Source of the DNA: Mantamonas sphyraenae STR306 | Lineage: Eukaryota; Protista; CRuMs | DNA: 64,000 bases | Assembly: GCA_026936335.1 (NCBI GenBank) | Contig: JAPMXV010000027.1 | Span: forward strand, 161,533 to 225,532 | Reading direction: 5' to 3' | Translations under genes and position numbers: made by a program | The notes under the pieces: generated by a model | Seen by the model: the letters and a program-made list of their open reading frames with translations, nothing else | Database searches by the model: none | What the model was told of the DNA's origin: nothing | Part shown: piece by piece, positions 52,101 through 61,100 of the stretch | How positions within the stretch are numbered: position 1 is the first letter of the stretch | Layout: each line of letters begins with the position of its first letter

Positions 52101-55100
52101 GCATTGTTGTGACTGTGTCGAGCGTGAACGACGCGCCTGTGCTGAGTGTGCCGAGTGGACAGAGCGGCGTTGAGGACACGGATCTGACGATTGGTGGGAT
52201 CAGCGTGAGCGATGTGGACATTGCGGGCAGTCTGCTGCTGGTGAACGTGAGCGCAAGCCAGGGTGTGGTGACACTGGGCAGCATGAGCGGCGTGACGATT
52301 GTGGACGGAGCAGCATCGGGCACGAAGGATGTGCGCTTTGTGGCGACGCTGACAAACGCAAACGCGGCGCTGAACAACATTGTGTACCGTGGAGACGCGC
52401 AGTACAATGGAGGAGACACGATCACGGTGACAGTGAACGACCAGGGAGCAAGTGGCACGGGTGGAGCACTGGGCGACACGCGCACGATTGGTGTGAGTGT
52501 GAGTGCGGTGAACGACGCGCCTGTGCTTGACTGTGCCTGGTGGACAGAACGTGAACGAGGAGACCGACCTGACGATCGGCGGTATCAGCGTGGCAGATGT
52601 GGACGCAGCAGCCGGTGTGGTTGCCGTGAACGTGAGTGTGACGTCTGGTCAGATGTGGCTGGGCAGCACGAGTGGCCTTGTGTTTGGTGCTGGCAACGGC
52701 AGCAGCGACGTAACGGTGCGTTTCACGGGCACGTTGACCAACGTGAACGCAGCGCTGACGAACCTGGTGTATCGTGGCAACGCGAACTTCCAGGGCACGG
52801 ACAGCGTGGTGTTGAGTGTGAACGATCTGGGCAACACGGGCGCGGGTGGAGCGCTGGGTGACAGTGCCGTGATTGTGGTGACTGTGGCCGAAGTGAACGA
52901 CGCGCCTGTGCTGACGGCACCGGTCAGTGTGAGTGTGAACGAAGACACGAGCAGTGCCATTGGCGGTCTGAGCGTGGTCGATGGCGACGTTGGCAGCGCG
53001 CGCATGCAACTGCGTCTGAGTGTGTCACAAGGTGTGTTGAGCCTGGGTAGCACAAGCGGACTGTTGTTTGCTGTTGGTGACGGCGTGTCTGACAGCACGA
53101 TTGAGTGCAACGGCACGGTGACGGATGTGAACGCGGCTTTGGGCAGCGTGACGTACGTGGCAAACAGCAACTACAACGGAGCGGATACGCTGGCTGTGTT
53201 TGTGGACGACCTCGGCAACAGTGGTCTGGGAGGAGCACTGAACGACACGGCGAACGTGGCGATCACGGTTGTGGCTGTGAAACGACGGCCCTGTGCTGAG
53301 TGTTGTGTCTGCACAGAGTGTTGCTGAGGACGTGGATCTGACGATCAACGGCATCAGCATGACGGACGTGGACGTTGCAGGGAACGCATTGCAGGCGAAC
53401 GTGAGCGTGAGCCAGGGTGTGGTGACCGCAGTGACGACGACGGGCCTGACATTCAGTGTGGGCGACGGTGCGTCGGACGCGACGATGAGCTTCACGGGCA
53501 CGCTGACCCAGGTGCAGACGGCACTGGGTGTGCTGGTGTACCGCGGGGCACAGGATTACAACGGCGCAGACACGCTTGTGGTGCGCGTGAGTGACCTGGG
53601 CAACGTGGGTGTGGGCGGAGAGTTGACAGACAGCGGCAGCGTGGGCATCACGGTGACGCCTGTGAACGACCGCCCTGCCATCACACCTGTGGGTGGAGTG
53701 AACGTGGACGAGGACACGGATCTGACGATTGCAGGCATCACTGTGACGGACATTGACGTGGGCGGAGAGTCGATGGAGATGAACTTGACGGTGACGCATG
53801 GTGTGCTGACAAGCGTGAACGCAGGTGGCGTGACGTTTGTGTCTGGCACGAGCAACGGAGGACGCAGTCTTGTGCTGAACGGCACGGTGACGGCGCTGAA
53901 CGCGGCCATCGGGCAGGTGGTGTACCACGGCGACCTGCACTTCTTTGGCAGCGACTCGCTCGAACTGAGCGTGCGCGACAAGGGCAACACGGGAGCCGGC
54001 GGTGAGCAGACAGACAGCCAGAGTGTGGCGATCACTGTGAATGGTGTGAACGACGCGCTGGTGATCACTCTGCCGAGTGCACAGAGTGTGGCTGAGGACA
54101 CGGATCTGACGATTGGTGGCATCAGCGTGAGCGATGTGGACGTGGCCGGGTTTGCGTTCCGAGTGAACGTGAGTGTGAGCGCAGGCAGCCTGTGGCTGGG
54201 CAGCACGACGGGTCTGACGTTTGGCAGTGGCGACGGAGTGAACGACACGTGGATTGTGTTTGACGGGTCGATCACGGCTGTGAACGCAGCACTGTCGAAC
54301 ATGGTGTACCGTGGAGTGACACAGTACAACGGAGCAGACGGGCTTGTTGTGTGGGTGTCTGACCAGGGAGCAGTCGGGAGCGGTGGTGAGCAGGTGTCGA
54401 ACAAGACGCTTGTGATCAACGTGGTGGCTGTGAACGATGCACCTGTGCTGAGTGTGCCTGGGGCACAGAGCACGGCCGAGGACACTGCGCTGACAGTGAG
54501 CGGCGTGAGTGTGGCGGACGTGGACGTCGCGGGCGGAGCGATGAACGTGAACGTGAGTGTGAGTGCTGGCCGAGTGTGGCTGGCGAGCACGAACGGCCTT
54601 GTGTTCAGTGCAGGCAACGGCAGCAGCGACGGACGGGTGGAGTTCAGCGGCAGCGTGACGGATGTGAACAACGCGCTGGCGACAGTTGTGTACATGCCGG
54701 ACAGTGCGTTCAACGGAGTGGACAGCATTGTGGTGAGCGTGAACGACGGTGGCAACACGGGCAGTGGCGGAGTGCTTGGAGACAGTGGCAGCATTGTTGT
54801 GACTGTGTCGAGCGTGAACGACGCGCCTGTGCTGAGTGTGCCGAGTGGACAGAGCGGCGTTGAGGACACGGATCTGACGATTGGTGGCATCAGCGTGAGC
54901 GATGTGGACATTGCGGGCAGTCTGCTGCTGGTGAACGTGAGCGCAAGCCAGGGTGTGGTGACACTGGGCAGCATGAGCGGCGTGACGATTGTGGACGGAG
55001 CAGCATCGGGCACGAAGGATGTGCGCTTTGTGGCGACGCTGACAAACGCAAACGCGGCGCTGAACAACATTGTGTACCGTGGAGACGCGCAGTACAATGG

Positions 55101-58100
55101 AGGAGACACGATCACGGTGACAGTGAACGACCAGGGAGCAAGTGGCACGGGTGGAGCACTGGGCGACACGCGCACGATTGGTGTGAGTGTGAGTGCGGTG
55201 AACGACGCGCCTGTGTTGACTGTGCCTGGTGGACAGAACGTGAACGAGGACGTTCAGTTGACGATCACGGGTGTTTCGGTGACCGACGTCGACGTGGGTG
55301 CAGGGCTGCTGCAAGTCAACGTGAGTGTGGCTTCCGGCCGTGTGTGGTTAAAGTCCCTGGCCGGCCTTGGAGTGGAAGCAGGCAGTGGCAGCGGTGATGC
55401 CAGCCTGCGTGTGGTCGGCAACCTGACGTCTGTGAATGCGGCGCTGTCCGAGATGGTGTACCAGGGCAACCTGCACTTTGTGGGTGCCGACAGCGTTGCG
55501 ATTGCAGTGAACGATCTGGGCAACACCGGGTCGGGTGGTGCTTTGGGCGATGCACAGAGCATTGCGGTGACTGTGGCAGGTGTGAACGACGCGCCTGTGC
55601 TGAGTGTGCCGAGTGCGCAGAGCGGCATGGAGGACACGGACATTGCGCTCGGTGGCATCAGCGTGAGCGATGTGGACGTGGCTGCGAACGAACTTGTGGT
55701 TGATCTGCAGGTGAGCAGCGGTGTTCTGACGCTTGGCGGCACGACGACGGGCCTGACGTTTGTGACGGGCGGTCCGTCGCTGAACGCCGTGATGCGCTTC
55801 CGAGGCAGCCTGACGAACATCAACACGGCGATGAGCAGTGTGGTGTACCGTGGCAACACGCACTACAACGGAGCGGACACGGTGCTGGTTACTGTGAACG
55901 ACCAGGGAGCCGTGGGCATTGGTGGTGCTCTGAGCGATACGGCCAATGTGTCTGTGACTGTGAATGCTGTGAACGACGCACCTTCCGTCGCTGTGGGTGG
56001 AGCCCAGAATGTGGATGAAGACGAACTCCTCGGTGTCACAGGGATCTCTGTGGCCGATGTGGATGTCGCTGGAACAAGCATGACGGTGAACGTAAGCGTG
56101 AGCCGTGGTGTGTTGACCCTGGGTTCGTCGACGGGACTTGTGTTTTCAAGTGGCGACGGAGCTGCTGATGCGTCGATGGTGTTTTCAGGCACGCTGACGA
56201 GTGTGAACAGTGCGTTGGCGACGCTGCAGTACCAGGGCAACCTGGACTTCAACGGATTGGACAACGTGGTCGTTGGCGTTAGTGACAACGGAGGTACTGG
56301 AGCTGGTGGGGCTCTGTCAGCTTCCGCCAGCAAGCTTCTGGTTGTGAACGCGGTGAACGACAAGGTGAACATCACGGTGCTGGACACGCAGAGCGTGAAC
56401 GAGGACACGGACCTGAGCATGTATGGCATCAGCATCTCTGATGTGGACATTGGAGGCGACACGATGCTTGTGAACGTGACGGTGACGGAGGGCCTTGTGA
56501 GCCTTGGCAGCACTGCAGGGTTGACGTTTACGCAGGGTGACGGTGCGGCGGACGCGGATGTGCGCTTCTCGGGCAACCTGACGGCAATCAACGCGGCGCT
56601 GAACGGCCTTGTGTATCGCGGTGCGCAGCACTGGAATGGTGCTGAGCTGCTGCGTGTGTGGGCGTCTGATCAGGGCTTCGGCAGTGCGAACGGCACGGTG
56701 ACGGAGACGGAGAAGCTTCAGGTGATCAACGTGCTTGCTGTAAACGACGCGCCTGTGATCGGTGTGACAAGCAGCAGCGTGGCGACGGCTGAGGATGTGA
56801 GCGTGAATGTGACTGGCCTGAGTGTGAGTGACGTTGACGTGATGGCATCTGCAGTGTCTGTGAATCTGACTGCGACCAGTGGTGTGATGACGCTCGGATC
56901 GACGAGTGGGCTCGCTTTCACGCTTGGCAGTGGCAACTCGAACAAGGAGATGCAGTTCTCGGGCACCTTGACTGCAGTGAACGCTGCGTTGGCATCTGGC
57001 GTGTCGTATGTAGGAGATGTGCATTTCAACGGGGCTGACAGCATTGTGGTGACTGTGAGTGACCAGGGTGCAAGTGGATCTGGTGGAGAACAGACGGCAA
57101 CGGCGACGATCGCTGTGAGCGTGAGCGCTGTGAATGACGGGCCTGTATTGAGTGTGCCCAGTGCACAGAACGCGGTGGAGGACACTGATCTGACGATCGG
57201 TGGCATTAGCGTGAGTGACGTGGATGTGGCGGGCAGCAACGTGCGTTTCAACGTGAGCGTTAGCAACGGTCGCGTTTGGTTGGCAAGCACGACGGGCCTT
57301 GTGTTCGCAGAGGGCGACGGAGTGTCTGATGTGCGTGTGCGTGCAGAGGGCACGCTGACCCGCGGTGAACGCGGCACTTGCCAGCGTTGTCTACCACGGC
57401 GATGCCAACTTTGTCGGTGTGGATAGCCTGCTTGTCTCTGTGGATGACAATGGCAACACCGGAAGTGGTGGCGTTTTGTCTGCGTCGAATGTGGTGAGTA
57501 TCGTGGTCGCGAGTGTGAACGATGGACCTGTGCTGAGCGTGCCTGGTGGTCAGAGCGCTGTGGAAGACACGACGCTGGTGATCAACGGGATCAGTGTGAG
57601 CGACACGGACGCGGGAACGGGACAGATGTACTTCAATGTGACGAGCGTGAACGGTGTTGTGACTTTTGGCACAACCACGGGTTTCACGTTTGTGGTTGGC
57701 GACGGAGTGTCAGACAGCCATGTGGAGTTCACGGCATCGCAGCAGGCGTTCAACGCGTCGATGATTGCGAGTGGCCTGGCGTATCGTGGAAACGCCCACT
57801 TTGAAGGAGCAGATATGATCACGTTGACAGTGAATGATCAAGGCAACACGGGCGGATCGGCATTGAACGACACGCGCACGATTGGTGTGAGTGTGAGTGC
57901 GGTGAACGACGCGCCTGTGCTGACTGTGCCTGGTGGACAGAACGTGAACGAGGAGACCGACCTGACGATCGGTGGTATCAGCGTTGCAGATGTGGACGCA
58001 GCTGCCGGTGTGGTTGCCGTGAACGTGAGTGTGACGTCTGGTCAGATGTGGCTGGGCAGCACGAGCGGCCTTGTGTTTGGTGCTGGCAACGGCAGCAGCG

Positions 58101-61100
58101 ACGCAACGGTGCGTTTCACGGGCACGTTGACCAACGTGAACGCAGCGCTGACGAACCTGGTGTATCGTGGCAACGCGAACTTCCAGGGCACGGACAGCGT
58201 GGTGTTGAGTGTGAACGATCTGGGCAACACGGGCGCGGGTGGAGCGCTGGGTGACAGTGCCGTGATTGTGGTGACTGTGGCCGAAGTGAACGACGCGCCT
58301 GTGCTGACGTGGTGGCCGAGTGTGAGTGTGAACGAAGACACGAGCAGACGCTGGCTGGGTCTGAGCGTGGTCGATGGCGACGGTGCAGCGCGCGCATGCG
58401 ACTGCAACTTGAGTGTGTCACAGGGTGTGTTGAGCCTGGGTGCATCTGTCTCGGGGTGTGTTTGCAGTCTGGTGACGGCGTATTGCTGACAGCACGATTG
58501 ATAGTGCAACGGCACGGTGACGGAATGTGAATGCGGCTTTGTTTGAATGTGGTGTATACGTGGCAAACAGCAACTACAACGGAGCGGATACCCTGGCTGT
58601 GTTTGTGGACGACCTCGGTAACAGTGGGTCTGGGAGGAGCACTGAACGACACGGCGAACGTGGCGATCACAGTTGTGGCTGTGAACGACGGCCCTGTGCT
58701 GAGTGTTGTGTCTGCACAGAGTGTTGCTGAGGACGTGGATCTGACGATCAACGGCATCAGCGTGACGGACGTGGACGTTGCAGGGAACGCATTGCAGGCG
58801 AACGTGAGCGTGAGCCAGGGTGTGGTGACCGCAGTGACGACGACGGGCCTGACATTCAGTGTGGGGCGACGGTGCGTCGGACGCGACGATGAGCTTCACG
58901 GGCACGCTGACCCAGGTGCAGACGGCACTGGGTGTGCTGGTGTACCGCGGGGCACAGGATTACAACGGCGCAGACACGCTTGTGGTGCGCGTGAGTGACC
59001 TGGGGCAACGGTGGGTGTGGGCGGAGAGTTGACAGACAGCGGCCAGCGTGGGCATCACGGTGACGCAGGTGAACGACCGCCCTGCCATCACACCTGTGGG
59101 GTGGAGTGAACGTGGACGAGGACACGGATCTGACGATTGCAGGCATCACTGTGACGGACATTGACGTGGGCGGAGAGTCCATGGAGATGAACTTGACGGT
59201 GACGCATGGTGTGCTGACGAGCGTGAACGCAGGCGGCGTGACGTTTGTGTCTGGCACGAGCAAACGGAGGACGCAGTCTGGTGCTGAACGGCACGGTGAC
59301 GGCGCTGAACGCGGCCATCGGGCAGGTGGTGTACCACGGCGACCTGCACTTCTTTGGCAGCGACTCGCTCGAACTGAGCGTGCGCGACAAGGGCAACACG
59401 GGAGCCGGCGTGAGCAGACAGACAGCCAGAGTGTGGCGATCACTGTGAATGGTGTGAACGATGCGCTGGTGATCACTCTGCCGAGTGCACAGAGTGTGGC
59501 TGAGGACACGGATCTGACGATTGGTGGCATCAGCGTGAGCGATGTGGACGTGGCCGGATTTGCGTTCCGAGTGAACGTGAGTGTGAGCGCAGGCAGCCTG
59601 TGGCTGGGCAGCACGACGGGTCTGACGTTTGGCAGTGGCGACGGAGTGAACGACACGTGGATTGTGTTTGACGGATCGATCACGGCTGTGAACGCAGCAC
59701 TGTCGAACATGGTGTAACCGTGGAGTGACACAGTACAACGGAGCAGACGGGCTTGTTGTGTGGGTGTCTGACCAGGGAGCAGTCGGCAGCGGGTGGTGAG
59801 CAGGTGTCGAACAAGACGCTTGTGATCAACGTGGTGGCTGTGAACGCGCACCTGTGCTGAGTGTGCCTGGGGCACAGAGCACGGCCGAGGACACTGCGCT
59901 GACAGTGAGCGGCGTGAGTGTGGCGGACGTGGACGTCGCGGGTGGAGCGATGAACGTGAACGTGAGTGTGGAGTGCTGGCCGAGTGTGGCTGGCGAGCAC
60001 GAACGGCCTTGTGTTCAGTGCAGGCACGACGGCAGCAGCGACGGACGGGTGGAGTTCAGCGGCAGCGTGACGGATGTGAACAACGCGCTGGCGACAGTTG
60101 TGTACATGCCGGACAGTGCGTTCAACGGAGTGGACAGCATTGTGGTGAGCGTGAACGACGGTGGCAACACGGGCAGTGGCGGAGTGCTTGGAGACAGTGG
60201 CCAGCATTGTTGTGACTGTGTCCGAGCGTGAACGACGCGCCTGTGCTGAGTGTGCCGAGTGGACAGAGCGGCGTTGAGGACACGGATCTGACGATTGGTG
60301 GGATCAGCGTGAGCGATGTGGACATTTGCGGGCAGTCTGCTGCTGGTGAACGTGAGCGCAAGCCAGGGTGTGGTGACACTGGGCAGCATGAGCGGCGTGA
60401 CGATTGTGGACGGAGCAGCATCGGGCACGAAGGATGTGCGCTTTGTGGCGACGCTGACAAACGCAAAAACGCGGCGCTGAAACAACATTGTGTACCGTGG
60501 AGACGCGCAGTACAATGGAGGAGACACGATCACGGTGACAGTGAACGACCAGGGAGCAAGTGGCACGGGTGGAGCACTGGGCGACACGCGCACGATTTGG
60601 TGTGAGTGTGAGTGCGGTGAACGACGCGCCTGTGCTGACTGTGCCTGGTGGGACAGAACGTGAACGAAGGAGACCGACCTGACGATCGGCGGTATCAGCG
60701 TGGCAGATGTGGACGCAGCAGCCGGTATGGTTGCCGTGAACGTGAGGTGTGACGTCTGGTCAGATGTGGGCTGGGCAGCACGAGCGGCCTTGTGTTTTGG
60801 TGCTGGCAACGGCAGCAGCGACGCAAACGGTGCGCTTCACGGGCACGTTGACCAACGTGAACGCAGCGCTGACGAACCTGGTGTATCGTGGCAACGTGAA
60901 ACTTCCAGGGCACGGACAAGCGTGGTGTTGAATGTGAACGATCTGGGCAACACGGGGCGCGGTGGAGCGCTGGGAAGACAGTGCCGTGATTGTGGTGACT
61001 GTGGCCGAAGTGAACGATGCGCCTGTGATGACCGTGGTTGTCGAGTGAGTTGTGAACGAAGACGCGAGATTGCCACGCTGTCTGCGCGTGGTCGATGGCG

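Noticed and set aside
11480-54863. Recurrent short + strand alternative-frame ORFs (MAGEHERPCVQC..., MQRHGDGC..., MAGQHE...) rich in Cys/Arg
   Set aside because: They are out-of-frame readings of GTG/AGT/GAC-rich codons in domains D, F and G, not independent metal-binding peptides.
224-58489. Reading the + ORFs as an operon of separate adhesin genes
   Set aside because: The ORF starts and stops fall mid-domain, with no signal peptides or intergenic gaps, and each junction is repaired by a small indel.
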